Source of the DNA: Chrysomallon squamiferum
Lineage: Eukaryota > Animalia > Mollusca
Direction of reading: 5' to 3'
Length of the DNA stretch: 64,000 nucleotides
Assembly (NCBI GenBank): GCA_012295275.1
Contig: CM022665.1
Location: forward strand, 28,520,001-28,584,000
Both the position numbers and the translations under genes were made by a program. Shown here in pieces: positions 42,020 to 57,619 of this stretch; the stretch's first letter is position 1; each line of letters opens with the position of its first letter. A model generated the notes under the pieces. That model was not told where the DNA came from and made no database searches. It saw only the letters and a program-made list of their open reading frames with translations.

Positions 42020-42150
42020 TGGTGATAGATTGCCATTACAGCAAGTTGAGTAACAGACACAGAATTTAAAATTGCTAAATATGTAAGTGGTGATACATTC
42101 CATTACAGGAAATTGAATAACATAAAATATTTAAAATTATATATATGAGA
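42020..42150. repeat. Degenerate tandem duplication, about 68-bp unit
   Basis: tggtgata.att.ccattacag.aa.ttga.taaca...atttaaaatt occurs twice. Confidence 0.7.
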
Positions 42151-44181
42151 TTATGTAAAAGTTCATCAGTGACGGGTATATTGGCTACATGCTCTAAATA
42201 GATTAAATAGATAATGGCTACTGATACAAATGTAGGTTAGATTCAAAAATTGTGACTGGTTTTTTCAGGATTTAGTTCAGTTCGGATTATGTATCCTTCA
42301 CTTGTGTGTATGTGGGGTGCCTGTAATAGATGTGTGTATGTGCTGATAATTATTATTACTTTTAATTGGTAATCTGACATTTGTTTTGATTAAGCACTAT
42401 AATTATATGAACATAATTTATTACAACTCCCAATATCAAGTGTTTTCAGCACAAAGTAGCAGAGAATGAACTAATTGCTGTATCAGTGAACATTGTTTTG
42501 TTTTCGTTTTTCGTTTTTTTTTTTTTATATGTACCTTTTCAACTCGAAATCGTGTTGATGTGGGGCAAACAGGTTATGAAAATATTTTTGATAATTTTCA
42601 TCGTGACATAAGATAACAATGAAGAGCAGCCAGATAAAATAAAACAAGTTGAAACATCTTTGAGTGGTGTTTTAATACAATAATCAGCATAGACAAACAG
42701 CTTGGAGAGATTCAGATTGTAACTGTCATATGTACATATGATGATACTACTCAGTGATGGTACATACTTGAAAAGTCCAGAGGTTGTTATCCCAGAATGA
42801 ATGAACATTATGTACTTGCCTGGACAAGCCACTATTAATTTTTGTTTCCACTTTAAACCTTTGAAAGTATTGCTTAAATGATGATTCCAAATACAATTTG
42901 TAACAAGAAAGTGTATGTATCTTTTATCTTAATATATATTTTGTTTAATACATGGATTATAATTTAATTGCATTAGGTAATTCAGTTGATCCATCTTTCT
43001 TGCTCAGTTGTTTAAACTGAAATTTTTTTTTTTTTACTTTTCAAGAGTGATATTAAAGAAATATTTTATCACTTTTTTGAAAATTTAATTCTATATAAAT
43101 AATGATAAAGCACATATTGTTTTATATTTATTTTTATTATTATTTTTTGAATGAGATATGAACAACATTCAGTAAACTAAAATATAAGAGTCAGAGATGT
43201 CTTTGTATTCCTTTTTGTTCCTCCTTATTTTGTTTTGTTTTTATTTTGTGATGTTGAGATGTTGACATAACCTGAACAAAGTAAATGCTGGGGTCTAAGG
43301 GATCAATGAACAAGAACACTTACAATAGCTCACCTCAGTCTATTGTCCAGCTTTGCCACAAGTTCACATTTGGAAAGGGAGGCTACAGATTCTTCATATT
43401 TGACTATGGGTCATTGCCATGGTGATGACAACCAGCAGCTGCAAGCTATTCTACAGGTGGTGGTGGGGTGGTTACTGGCAAGGAGTTTGTTAAAACCTGA
43501 TGTCACTGATATTAGAACATTATCAACTTTAGCTTATTAAATAATCAAAATAAATGAAGCCTGGTTGCTGCAGCTGCTGTAGTGGTTTTTTTTTTATATA
43601 TATATATATATATATTTTTTAATTATTATTATTATTATTATTTAAATACAAATAAATAAAAGAAAAAATACATATAAACCCAGTAAATTGTGTATAATGA
43701 AGGTATCATATTTTCTTAACCAAGCAGAATAAAAATTACATAGTTTATGAACAGTGCTTAACTTTTTATAACAGAACAATAACAGATTTATTACTGATAA
43801 TCTTCCAAAGATTGTTATGCATACCATATTGAATTTGTATATAAGAAAGTTATTATTGACACCAGTGTTAGCCAAAACTTCATTAGATGAGTTAGTGGGG
43901 TTTTTTTTTATACATGTGTCAGGTTGCAAATAGTAACATCTGTAGTAACTTCTTTGACCATCATTCTGTTTTCCATATTATTTTTTGTTTTATATGATAA
44001 TCTAGGATTTATGTACTTGTGTGTATTTATACATTATTAAATAGGCTATATGTTGAAAATGTATACAGAAAAAGAAACAAAAGTGAAATTACTTCATAAA
44101 GTTTCCATTTAAAACAATATATTATTTTTAAAATTTATTTTCCATGATTTTGTACAGTTGTCATACTTTCCTGTTGGTATT

Positions 44182-44216
<35 letters not shown>

Positions 44217-44321
44217 TTTTGTTTTATTTTCCCAGACTTTCCTGTTAACATTAGTCCACTTTATTTTAGACATTTATAATATCTTCAGTAAATATGTTTA
44301 ATTTCAGGGTTTAAAACTTAG

Positions 44322-44936
44322 ATGCCTTTGGCCATGGCACCAAGTCGGACGTTGACTGAAAATGAGACAGATGCTTCAATGAGACTTCGTCTGGTTACCA
44401 GTCTCAGTCAAAGTTTTCCTGGAAGTGCACTCTCTAAAGCCATGAAATGTTTGTCTGATTCTGAGGATGACATGAAGTTGGAACCGCTGAGTAGCAGTTG
44501 TTTTGCTGAGCTCCGAATGGAGAAACTGGATGTTGAAGAGGATGATGAATTGACTAGTTTATCTTGGTTGCAAGATACAGATTTGTTAAAAAACATGGCT
44601 CCTGGCGCTGATGATGATCTTTCCAGTGAAGAAGGACAAAAAGAAAATGATGATTTGAAACTTAATGGTGCCCCATACCCTCAGACACACCCTCCCCATG
44701 TGCCATACAATCCTCAGAAACATATAAACAACAAGCCGCCATATTCATTCAGTTGTTTAATATTCATGGCGATTGAGGATTCACCTATTAAAAGACTTCC
44801 AGTGAAGGATATTTACAACTGGATACTTACACACTTTCCATACTTCCAGAATGCACCAACAGGTTGGAAAAATTCAGTGAGGCACAATCTGTCACTCAAT
44901 AAATGCTTTAAGAAAGTGGAGAAGGACAAAGGATCG
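44322..44936 (+). CDS. FOXN3: FoxN2/3 coding exon 1 (N-terminus and most of forkhead domain)
   Basis: Acceptor atttcag ending 44307, ATG 44322, donor TCG|gtaagt at 44937. Confidence 0.95.
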
Positions 44937-47900
44937 GTAAGTTTTCTATTTTACAACTTCTAAAATTTTATATTTTTATTATATACATCAATACATCTTT
45001 AATAGTCAAAATTTGTCTTCATGATGAAGTTTAAGAAAGAATTATCTACATATTCTCATAAAGTACTATTGTAATATGCGTCTTTCATTATACCAGTTGT
45101 CAAGCACTAGCTAGATTGAGAAAGGCTCTATTTTGACACTGATAAAAATGACTCTTTTTCTCTTTCATAGATTTACACAATTCTTTTTAAGAATGTTATT
45201 TATCCTAGAATTTAAAAAGACTTGGTAACAAAAAAACACATGTAAAACCCTTAAACAGGAATTATTTGCATTTATTGTAAAAAATGAAAATTATGAATAG
45301 CAATTTTGTCAAAAATAGAAACATTAATTATAATGTCACACACTACTGCCTTTTACAAAAACATTTACAAAAAGATGTTATTAATATTTAATATGTACAT
45401 TAAGTAGTACAGTGAATTGTCTGATCATGTGAAATACATGAAATCTACCTTCATTTGCTATTTTCATCTTGTACTGTTCTGAATCTGATAGCATTTTGTT
45501 CATATAGAATGTTAGAAATAGTCACCACTTTATATCAGTTTACATTTGTTGTATTGAGTCCATCTGACCAATGTTTATTGAAAAAGGTAAAGCAACATCT
45601 AATTATCTGAGTTTTGTCATATCTTTGCTTTGAAAATACCAAACACATATTAAATATTAATAATAATTAAATATTTATTTTAAAATTGTACTAATTTACC
45701 AAAGAGTATGATTATCCAATGGAAAGTTAAAATTTTCTGTGAACATATAATTCGTTTTTTTTCCCACTGAATATCTATACAAAATGCCAGTCTCTGAGAT
45801 AGTTTCAAATAATTTTTTATGTGCTGTTTAAAAACTGCCTTTGTTACAAAATGACCGACAGTTTGTGACTGTAACTGGTGTGTTTGATGCATACAGTGCG
45901 AGTATAATTAACTAGCTAATCCAGTGTAAAGTGTATGTTAATGACATAATGACAGTTTTCAGTCTCCAGTCTTGTTGCCTTTATCCGTTATTATCACAGG
46001 ATGGACTTGCTAAACTTGGTCAAGTGCTCAGTGGCACCTCTTCATTATTTCAGCCGTTTGTCACAATAATTGCTGTTATATGTTCAGTGGGTTATTGCAA
46101 TACATGAGAGATCAAAATAGGGAGTTCATTTTTTTGGACTAATATATAAATGTGTGTGTTACGTAATAAAAATATTATTTTATTTACATTTTTTGTCTTG
46201 GTTATTGCTTCAATTTATTTTTTAAAAAGTGCAGATCAATGAATTTAACAATATATCGTACATGTTAGTAATTAGGTGTCTGTTCTATATTTATAGTACA
46301 GTATGAAGGGAACCCATTGATATCATTCCAAGGGTTTCACTTGTTGAACATTTTTCTGTACTTTCCCATAAGCAAGTAGCACACAACATTATTTTTAATA
46401 AATGGGTTTTGAGTCGCTGGTCAGAATGGGACACAGCACAGTACGGAAGACTGATCATGCAAAGTATATATTACCAAAGACCACTGTTCTAATTATAGAG
46501 TGCATAGGTTTTAACATAGTTGTGTATTATTTTACCTGCTATATATATGACTTCATTTACTATTCACAAACATCCTGCCAAGTATAATTTGAAAACAATA
46601 ACAGTTAATAATGGATTTATCAGTTTTTCCTCAAGTGTAATTTGACGTTCACAAAAGCAACATATGAATACATAGAGGGTTATTTCGTTCACAAAATGCA
46701 GTACAGACTTTAATAAAAACAATGGACTATTCAGGTTTTGCTGTGTTATTCTAGGAGGAAATGGTGGTAGCAGGAAGGGCTGCATCTGTTACTAGATCAT
46801 CTGCTTGTACAGTGTGAATAATGCTGTTAATGGCATCATTAAGTTGTATTGTCACTGTATACGTTATGTGTATGACATGGCTTGTATCCTTTATTCCTTG
46901 GTATCTAACAGATACACTAGTGTCAGTTTTATTTTATATAAATCTATACACTTAGAAAAAAGAAAGATTATAAGTATTATAACATTTTAATAATAAATTG
47001 GTATATAAATTTTAGGTGATAATGCTGTGAATAAAAAATTGACTTACTGAAATTGTGCGTGTGTGAAAGAGAGAGAGGTGGGGAAAGACATAACACTTTA
47101 AGAATTTTTTTCCTTCAAACAGTCTTTCACTGAAAGTTTATCAAAATGACTCCTGGCTAATTACTTTTGAGCTAAACAAGTATTTATACATGAAAGAAAT
47201 AGTAATTTCAGTTTTACAATCCAGATAGTATTATTACTTCTTTAAAAAATCCATTTTTCTAGACAGTATAACCAAAAATGTTAAAAATTCAGATTTTTTT
47301 GTTGTTGTTATTAGTGTTAGATTTTGAGTAATTTTCTGTCATCTTATTACACTAGAAAACTGGAAGGTTTTAATCAAAAATGCATTCTGTTGCTGTCTAT
47401 TTTAATCACCCAGAGGATTTAGAAATGTTATTATTATTTTTTATTTCTTGTTTTTCAATACAACTCATCCTGACACAAGATTGAAAAAAACAAAAACAAA
47501 AAAAAAACCCAAACAATTCTTCAGATATTAGTTGTCAGTTCCTGTATTTAATTTTCTTCGTGATAATCATAAACTAGAATCATAATCTTGAGATAATTTG
47601 ATAGATTTTTCGTTTTTTCTTTTCTGTTTTTTTCTTTCCTTTTCTTTTTTTTTTTCTTTCCTTTTATTCTTTTTATTTTTTATTTATTTATTTATTGTTC
47701 TAAGAACTTTTTCAGACAACTTTGGATCCACCATGCATATGTTGTATAAATTGTATAGATTTGTGATCAAATGAAATTTCTATACTGTAAAAATATTTAA
47801 GGTTAAGAAAGTAATAAATTAATTTAAAAAAAACCTATTTTGCCAAAGGAAAGAAAAAAAAAAAAATTAATGACTTCATTACATAATATATGCTGTATTT

Positions 47901-49834
47901 AGAGTTGTGATAACTTATGCTTTGGTTCATTGCATCTTTTTGAAGAAAAAAAAAATGCAGGAAAAACATGCATATTTATGAATACATAATTTGTCATGTA
48001 CATTTTTATTGAAACTACCAACAACAGTTAAAAAAAAATAAAAGTTAAACATTTTTATTATATTGTAGTTACTGGAGTATCATTGATTTATCTTTTTACA
48101 TATTTTGCTCTCTCAGTTGCTAATACATTATTTATATAATGATTTACAATAATTCTATATTGTTATTGGATTTTCACAAATCCGTTTCTTGTATCACAAA
48201 ATAGATCACTAATGAAATAAAACTAATAGTATATTCATCAACATTTTCATCTGTGATGATGAATATTGCAGCAGGGAGAAAAAAAAAAGAACTTTCGAAA
48301 TAAGTGTATAAATAGTTAAAAACATGAGATGGAAATACTTGTGTTTATCATAGTTTTCCTATTGGGTTTCTTGTGACAGAGAAAAGAAACAGTGCCTGAA
48401 ACATGATGTTTGTTATTTGAGAAATAAGTGTTTGTGGCATAGTTTGGTGTAACATGCTGTATGAGTATCATATGTCAAGATTAACAGATCCACCAGTCTA
48501 AAGTTCAAGAAAAAGGAATTCTGTGTTGTAGAAAAATAAGCTTGATCACTTAGTTTAATATTTTATTATTATTATTATTATTCATCTAAGAATATTTCTT
48601 TTCATATACAAATTCAAATGATGCATGTTAAGCATTGCATTTATTTAAATACTATGCATATGAACTGACATTGTTTTCAACTGTTTTGTTTTCCTTCCTT
48701 TGTAATTTAAAAAAAAAAATGTATTTAAAAAACCCCAGAACAAACAGATTGCTTGTGCTGTGGGGAAATAATAATTCTTACAAAAAAACTAAATTTATAA
48801 AAAGTTATATATCTACAGTTTTTCTCACACCAACTTTTTTCAACTATTGGCCACGAGCTACTAAAACTGTTAACAAACAGACCAAACTGTCGCCCATTTC
48901 GTTGACAATCATCGCTCACACAATACAGTGGATGTGGTTTTTTCAAAAGGCAGTGTAAAACACAGCAGGTGTGAATAAGGGACAAAGTGTTTGGTCACCA
49001 TGGTAACCATGTGCTACATTCAGCAAAGCATTTGTATTGGCTGGGTTTGTTATGGAAGGAGAGAGAAGAAACAGTGTAAAGAGTGTAAGCTTGTGTCTCT
49101 GCCTGTCTGCGTTTTCATGACCTAGGGCCACATCACAGCAAAATCCCCATCGTCTTGCACTGACAGCTACAATAAATTAATGTCCAACATCCTTGTGATT
49201 TATTAGTCTTTGTTTAAAATGTTGATAAATACAGACATCTTCAAAAAAGCAAAATTATTTTGCCTTTTTATTACAGATGTGTATTTGAAAATGTTTTTAT
49301 TTATTTAAATACACATCAAGTTTTATATATATATAGATACACATATAGGTATAGATACAGATATAGATACATAAAATTAATATTATGGTAGATATATACA
49401 TACGTTTCTGCATCTGCACATTTTACAGCATAATTTGTATTTTGGATAATTATTTCTTTTAGTTTGAATTTTTTATATTTTTTTATCTCTAAAATTAGAC
49501 GTAGCTGGAACTATACCCAATACAACACCTAAACAAATACTTGATTGTATGTGAATGAGTTTCCATTTAGATAAGTAGACCAATTGTGATAAAAATGACA
49601 AGTCTTAAGTTTTTCTACATGCAACGTATGTGGATCAGCAGGCACACACAACATGCTGATAAGTGATTTTCATTTTATATTTTGAATGTTGAATAAATTG
49701 ACCAGAATGAAAGCATTCCTTTTTCTGTATTTCTGTATGTGTCCTACAACCCTACATTAATAATTACATCAGAGAATAGTTATTTTACCTCAGGGTATAA
49801 ATGTTAAATCTATGTCTATAATTAATTTTATTTG

Positions 49835-49879
<45 letters not shown>

Positions 49880-51659
49880 ATATATATATATAATTCATAA
49901 TTTTGTTTTAATAAAACATTTAACTATTTGTACAACAATGACACATGTTCCGGTTCTGCCTTATTCCATGATAACAGAATTAATCAAAGAGATTACTTCC
50001 CTTATCAATCACACACATTCATCTTCTTTCCATACAAGAAATGGGGAAACTTGAACAATATGATGCTATCCACACAGAGTAAAAATAGAAGTTAGATTAA
50101 TGTGAATACATATTACATAAGGGACAGTAGATACAGATTACAGTTAACACTGAAGATATAGGTTTGTAATTTAAAAATTATAGTTCAGGTATTTGAGTTA
50201 AGTGTTGTTGGATTAGTTCCCTGCTGGAACAGGTAGAGCCTTATGACTGGTTAATACTGTTGTGGTATCCGTAATTCATTTGTAGATATTCTTTGCTTTT
50301 TTTTCAGCAGAGAATAGTGAAACAAATGTGAATAAAAAAAAACAAAAAAACAACAATAAAAATTAATGTAATTGCCACTGAGAGAATTAAAATCCCTGAT
50401 GCAAACTCCCTAGCATTGTGAAATGCCATAACAGTGGCAGCAGTTGTATTTGTAATTTAATATTTTGATTTCAAAAATATTAATTTTATAACATAGTAAG
50501 TACTGACACCATGTTTGAAAGAAAACTGTAAAATTATGTAATTTAATTTTGAGCTAATAATTAAAAAAATATATATAGTTTATGTGATGGATGACAATAA
50601 TAAATTAGGCTTTGTGTCATTACACATTTATTTAATGTGTATTTTTATAATCCATACAAAATGTAGAATGTGCATATATTTTTCTAAAATTTAAATTATA
50701 ATTAAAAGAAATAGTGAAGTATTGATGTTACAAAGTTATATTACAAGGTCAGAGAAATATATAAAATAAGTGCATATAATTAATATTGGTTTCTAATATT
50801 TAGTAATAAGCTAACATGTAAAAAAGAAAAAAAAATGTCCAAATCAACATACTCTTACAGTTTTCTTAAGTGTTCATAAAAGTGTATGACAGACTGGTCA
50901 AATTAACATATGACATAAAAATGAAATGTGTATCTGCATATAATTAAAACATGACCATGTATAATGTTTGCAAAACAGATTTAACGATGAACTTTGATCC
51001 TTTATTACTGTTAGTGGATTTAATATTGAATCTTATCTTTTATTGGTTTCCTGTTGTAGTATAAGAATTGTAGATAAAAATAAATAAAGAGCGTGCACTA
51101 ATTACGGATGCATTTATTTTACAGAGTATTGGTAAGGGTTCCCTGTGGTGTATTGATCCTGACTACAGACCAAACCTACTGCAAGCATTACGCAAGACGC
51201 CTTATCATCCCTATCATCAACTCCAAATGATGTCATCACCCCAACCCTCAATGATGCAATTTTCAGTGCTTCCAGGCTATGGGTATCGGTAAGTTGGAAG
51301 TTTGTTGGGTTTTTTTTTGTTCGTTTGTTGTTGTTTTTTTCTCCATTTCTTTTATGAAGTTAGTTACTTAAACAACTTTCACAAATTGCTATTATCTTAA
51401 AGCAAACTAAATATGAATATATTAAAAAATATTGAAGTTTATAGTTTTTATTTCCAGAGCCAATGGATACCTTTGAGTTCTACTTTTTAATAAATGTGTG
51501 TAATAGAGCAGATACTGAATTATTATTACTTTTATTAATAGTAACAGTGGTAGAAGTACTAGTTGTAGTTACAGTGGTTGTAGGTTTATTTTATTTTTTT
51601 ATTTGTGGTGTGTTTAGGGAGGCTTTTAATAATAACTCAAGTTATCAGTTTGGGTTATT

Positions 51660-51690
<31 letters not shown>

Positions 51691-54101
51691 TTTGTATATA
51701 CATTTTTTTTTACTTTTCAGTTCATGACTTTTTGACTTTAAAATGTCACAGCCCTTCTGCTTAAGTGCAAGATCATGTAACAAAACCAACAAACTCATCA
51801 TTTTAATAACAAGCAAATAAGACTTCTCAGTGCTATGTTAAACAGACAAAAATTAATTTGATTTACATGTCTGTGCAATCAACTGTAACCTATAGTAAAA
51901 GCATTTTTCAGTAGCATAACTAAGTGAGATGTTTAAGCTAAATCAATAAGACAAATCACACTTGTATGTTACGATTGTCAAATAAAACTTTAGCAGATAA
52001 ACTAGAGATGATCACAGCTCTATTTTTATCAGAAATCTATGTCATCTATAATGTCATCACAATACATGTCTAATGCCGTACAGACTTGTCACTAAACGCT
52101 GCCATGATTTTGTTAATTTGTAAACCACAATTTATGTTTTGATGTTTGTAATTGAAACTGGTCATGGAAGATATTGAATTTACACAAGTGTAAAAATGAA
52201 TTTATTATTAATGAGAAATTGATAGTCATGGTAGACAATTAAGGACATGACCCTGTCTGTTGAAAAAAGTCCATTTTAATGATCTATGCATTTTGATGGT
52301 TAGTTCTTTAATATCTATACATTTTGAAGTATTTGCTTCTAGATCTCTAAACACTGATGGTCTGTGCTTCATAGTCTAAATATTTTGGTAATCTGTGCTT
52401 TTTGCAGAACAGGTGTATATTTGTGGTTAGGGTAGATGGATGACTTAGTGCTTTTTGTTGCTCTAATTGTGCTGTTTTCCCATTCAGCCAGTTTGTCAAA
52501 GGTTTCCTGTCTGTGGAGTAATGGCATTATACAAATATAAGGTCTATTTCCATTGTGCTTTGTCAGTTGATTCTAAATATTTAAATTTAGAAAAGTGTCT
52601 TCAGTCTATAACGATGAAATTTTAAGTTGCTTCTGATTTATATAAATACAATTACTGATCTTTGAAGCCAGAATAGTAAGTCATTTGATTACTTTCCTTT
52701 TGTTACTAATGTAAGGATACCTAATTAGAAAACTAAAAATTAAGACAAAAAATGTTTTTAAAGGAAAAGGAAATACCTGAAATTATCTTTCTGAAGTTGT
52801 TATCTAAAAGAATAATATTTTTATTTTTACAGTTACTTAGCCAATCCAGTGTTTTGCTTAAAAGTAATGAAGTATATAAAAACAAGCAGTTTTTACAAGA
52901 AAGAATAAGAAAAATATAAACAGTTGTATTTCAAAATAGTCTTTACATATTAAAAAAAAAACCCAGAAAAATACCAAAACAAAAAAAACATAACAAAAAC
53001 AAAACTTTGCTTGTTTATAAAGTTTTACAGCTTTTACCTAATTAGATTTTCCCAGATAACATTCTTAATTATATGCTAAGTTACTGACAAACGATTTTTC
53101 TTTCTGTGCTTTCTGTGCGGGCTTGAGATAAACATCACCAACCATGTGTGCCCATTTGAGCTTTTGTACACTTAATCTCCATAGTAACATAGATGGAGAA
53201 TGCAACAAGATGGCACATGGTAATGTGCCTGTTTGTTTAGTCAAGTCACTGCTGGCCAAAGCCAAACAGTGAGTTAATTCTTCTGCCAAAAAAAATATAT
53301 AGATATTTAAATATATAATGAAACAAATCTCAGGACTTTTGAAAGAAAAAAATGTTATTTAAAAAATAACAATAATAATAATAATTAAACAATAAAAAAA
53401 AGTAACAGAGGAAGATTAATTTGTGATGACAAAAACTTGTGTTCACTGTATATGCAGGTGCAGCATACAAAGAAAAACTGGTTACTTCTAAACATGGCGT
53501 TTCCTAAATACCTGAAACGTTTTATACTGTCATGTGAATATCAGATGATTGTTTAAAATCAAAGACATATTAGTTAAAAAAACAAACAAAAAATCAGTTA
53601 AAAATAAGATCTGAAGTAAAATTATTTTACGACCAGGTGTAATGTATATTAATAGAATTCTATAATTTTTCTTTATACTTAATTAAAAAAAAAAATAATA
53701 ATTACACATTACAATGACAAAAATTGTGTATTTATTCAAATAAATAGTCTTTCAGCACATGCTCACAATAACTATTTTGTATTGCACAGAATCCTCATGT
53801 AAGACTTTTTATATTAAATAGACCAATAAACAGATATACAACAAGTTAGTCTAAAGTAATGTCTCTACAGCAGTAATGTGTGGAATTCTCAGTGTTGGGA
53901 TGTGTCACACTACTGAGAAAGATGACAATTAACTGACGTGACAGATTCACACGAGCACCTCCATAGCACACAGCCAGTGTCTTCATTCCCACAGTTCAAC
54001 TTATTTAATTGTATCATCAGTGTGCTCCTCGTTGCCATGGAAACTGACACAGAAACTGCGGAGAAGGCTGACAAGCTGTGATTGGGAGTGGTTAGCTTCG
54101 G

Positions 54102-54142
<41 letters not shown>

Positions 54143-57100
54143 AGAAAGAAAGGAAAGAGAAAACGTTGCTATGGTTAAGATTATTTGACATTGTGTAAAG
54201 AATGAAGTGGGTCACTGTTTTGTAGTTGTTTTTGTCTTCATCTCTGTGGTGTTGTTAACTATGCATTAATGCTGTCTGGGTTGTTGTGGTTGAGTGAACA
54301 GATAATCTGAAATGTCGGCACAAAATATTTTTAACTATCTTGAAGGCCTTAAAACTCCTTGTTAATAATTAACCACAATGTCAAATGTTAAGTAAATCAT
54401 TCCTTTCTTTTATTTTTATTTTTGATAAATAAACTTAAAATGAAAGTTGTCAGGACTGTACACTGCAGTAAAATGATAATTTTTGTGTAGGTTACATTTA
54501 TGATTTTTATATCGACAAATTAAACTATTAGTTCATTTTTATGTTGTGAGAGTCTTGTACATATTTCATTTTTTAATTATTCACTTAATTTAATTTAAAA
54601 GGAAGAAAGTTAAATTTTATATAGCTTTTATAATTTATAACAAAAAAAAAATTAAAATTAATTCAGAGTTGTTTGTTTCGTGTAAGATGTAACTATGATA
54701 TCAGATCAAAAACATTTGTTTCTATATTTAATATCTGGCACTGCAACTGATCAGGCCTGTTAATTACTTCAAGAAACTTCTCAAGCATTTGATTTTTTAA
54801 TTTTATGTTTGTAATTGCTGAAAAAAAAAAAAAAAAAAAAAAAAATGAATTATGCATTGCTTCAGCTTTCTTCAAATTAGTTTTTAAAATCTTCATATGA
54901 CAGGTCAAAACCATCTTCTGTGTGTAAATTATGTTAGACAGTGTAACTATGGTAACCATGGTTGAACTTGATATCTCTGTAAGATTAAATTTTCTGCTTT
55001 TGTTTAATGCTAACACTGTGATAGCAGTAACTTTTGCTCATTACAGAATAATAAGCACTTAAAGTGGTCATCCGTGAGTCAAGATATGACACTATGTGGC
55101 TACACTTACATTACTGATACTGGTTCCTATTATTCATAGATAGATTTCCCCTTATCTGGATAGACCATCCTATTATGTATGGATTACAAAACTTTTGAGC
55201 TTCAGTATTGTAGACATTACTTACAAAGCAGATATTCTATCTCCTGAATTTTGGTTAAACTATACAGAAAAGAGCTTAGTGTTATAATTACAGTAATCTG
55301 GAATAGGTATGTGTGGTGCTACTGAATCATTCTTTCATTGGTGTGTATGTTTGTGTGTGTGAGAGAGAGAGAGTGTGTGAGGGGGGGGGGGGAGAGAGGG
55401 AAAGAGAATAAGTGAGGAGCAGACAGTGAAGAAGAAGAAAAAACAAAAAGAAGAAACACCATGATTAATAAATCACAAAACATTTGTATCCTGAATAAAG
55501 ATAACCATTCAAAGGAGACATGTTGGTCTATTTTATGATCCAGTCTGCTTTTTCATAGTCCCTGTGTCTTCTAAATTATTATAAAAAGACCTTAGAAAGG
55601 ATAATATTCTGACTTTTTGACAGAATTAGAACTGGTGAATGTTCCCCTCTGAGATAATGGATTAAAGCATTTTAACAGTAGCCACTGATTGAAATAATTA
55701 ATGATGTGTTATGGTGATTATCACATGCCCATGTCTAGAATAGGACTTACATAATGTTCATTAATTATACAGGTGATAAGTAGACAGCTTTATAAGGACA
55801 CATCACTTATTAATGGTAATTAGGTGAGAAACATTTGAAAAGTTGATCATAATGATGATAAACAGGAAAACATAATCTGTAGCCTTTGGTAAACTAGATT
55901 TGGAGTATTAGCTGGGGTGGGGAAATGACCAAGTGGGACAGACATTCCTGTATTGCCTAATTTTTTACATTCTTTCATGTATGGAAACTGTTTTTAACTG
56001 CTTTTTTTCCTTACGTGTATAAGCTGTAACCCTACAGTCTATAAAACAAAACAAATTACCCAGTCCATATATCAAAAGGTAACATATTTAAGTATACATA
56101 ATAATACCAAGAAGCTTAAGCATTTTAACATGCATTTGGTATGTTTGACAAAGGCTCAAAGCTGCAGTGATAATGCCATGTGTGTTTTAATCAATATGAC
56201 ATTAAGGACAACAAATTATGATGATTAACTATGGTGCTTTTGGCACTGAGTGCCTGCAATCAATGTCTGCTATAATTTGACTGCTGCAACCATGGCCAGC
56301 CATCTTCCATCTAATTGGATTTTCCTGGGATTCTTTAGATGTAAGATGGTGTTCCATCTGTAATTGGAACTTTGTGGACCGTCAAAGAGCTGAAAAATGT
56401 CAGAAAAGCCGTAGATTGGACAACTCATGAAAAACCACTCTATGAGAACTAATATGTGATCAATATTGGGTCACGTCATGACTTTTGATATGTGGAATCT
56501 TACTGTATTGTGCTTGATTTGAAGATCTCTTAATGAAAACTTTTGCCATTAAATTAACTACTTTTTTTTTACATTTTTCTTTTTGTTTTTCAAAAATTTG
56601 AGTGCAGTTTACATTTTTAAAGTTTTTATTTAACAATTTTATTTTATAATATGTATATTATAAAAAGAAATTATTAAATAAAAAATTCTAAGGATGAAAA
56701 ATAATCTTGATATATATCACTATATAGAAAACTAAATAAACACAATTCAATATTTTAGGTATTGAATTTAGCAAGCTGTCGTTACGGTGCAGTTCATTTA
56801 TTAAATTTTGTTAAATCTTTTTGAGTAGTTGTAAAATGAAATTTCTACTGATTTTAACCTCAAGGGCTGAAACCTAATTCAAACTTTTCTTTCTTCTGAT
56901 TAAGTACATAACATAATGAAAGTATAACTGCTAGATGTCAATTACGATGCTTTCCTCATTCTTTTTTGTTTCTTGTGTTTATTTTACAAAGTTTTTTTTT
57001 TATTTAATATTTTTATATTTTATTTTTTTTCGTTTTTTAGTTGTTTTTTTTTGTTTTTTTATTATTATTATTATTATTTGAAATGTGTTTCATTTTTGTT

Positions 57101-57569
57101 CCCATTTCAGCCTAAGACCAGACAAGGAAGTTGTTATAGTTTCACTTTCGTTAAGTACATCTTAAAAAACTAACAGGTCATCAGTGGTCTGGGTTTTTCT
57201 GCTTGTGTTCTTTATTCACCACTTACATTTGTTACAAATTATGTAAACCAGTTTATCATAAAATAACATTAATTTGATTTTAAAATTTATACCCTAGCTA
57301 TGAGTGAGCTAACAGATTTAACTATATATCACTGTTTTCAGTGTGTTTGAAAGCACTTTGTTATCTCACCTCACAGTTTGTTTTTTCTTGTTTTCTTGCA
57401 GTGGTTACAAGCCTGTACCTTTATCACCACGATCAGTACCAAACACAATATCACCTCGTGAGTATCTGCACATAGAGTATGCTTTTAACATAGGTTTTCA
57501 TTTTATACATAACTGCACTATTATAAATTTCAGTTAGAATTAAAATTGTCTTACTTACAATTACAGAAG

Positions 57570-57619
<50 letters not shown>
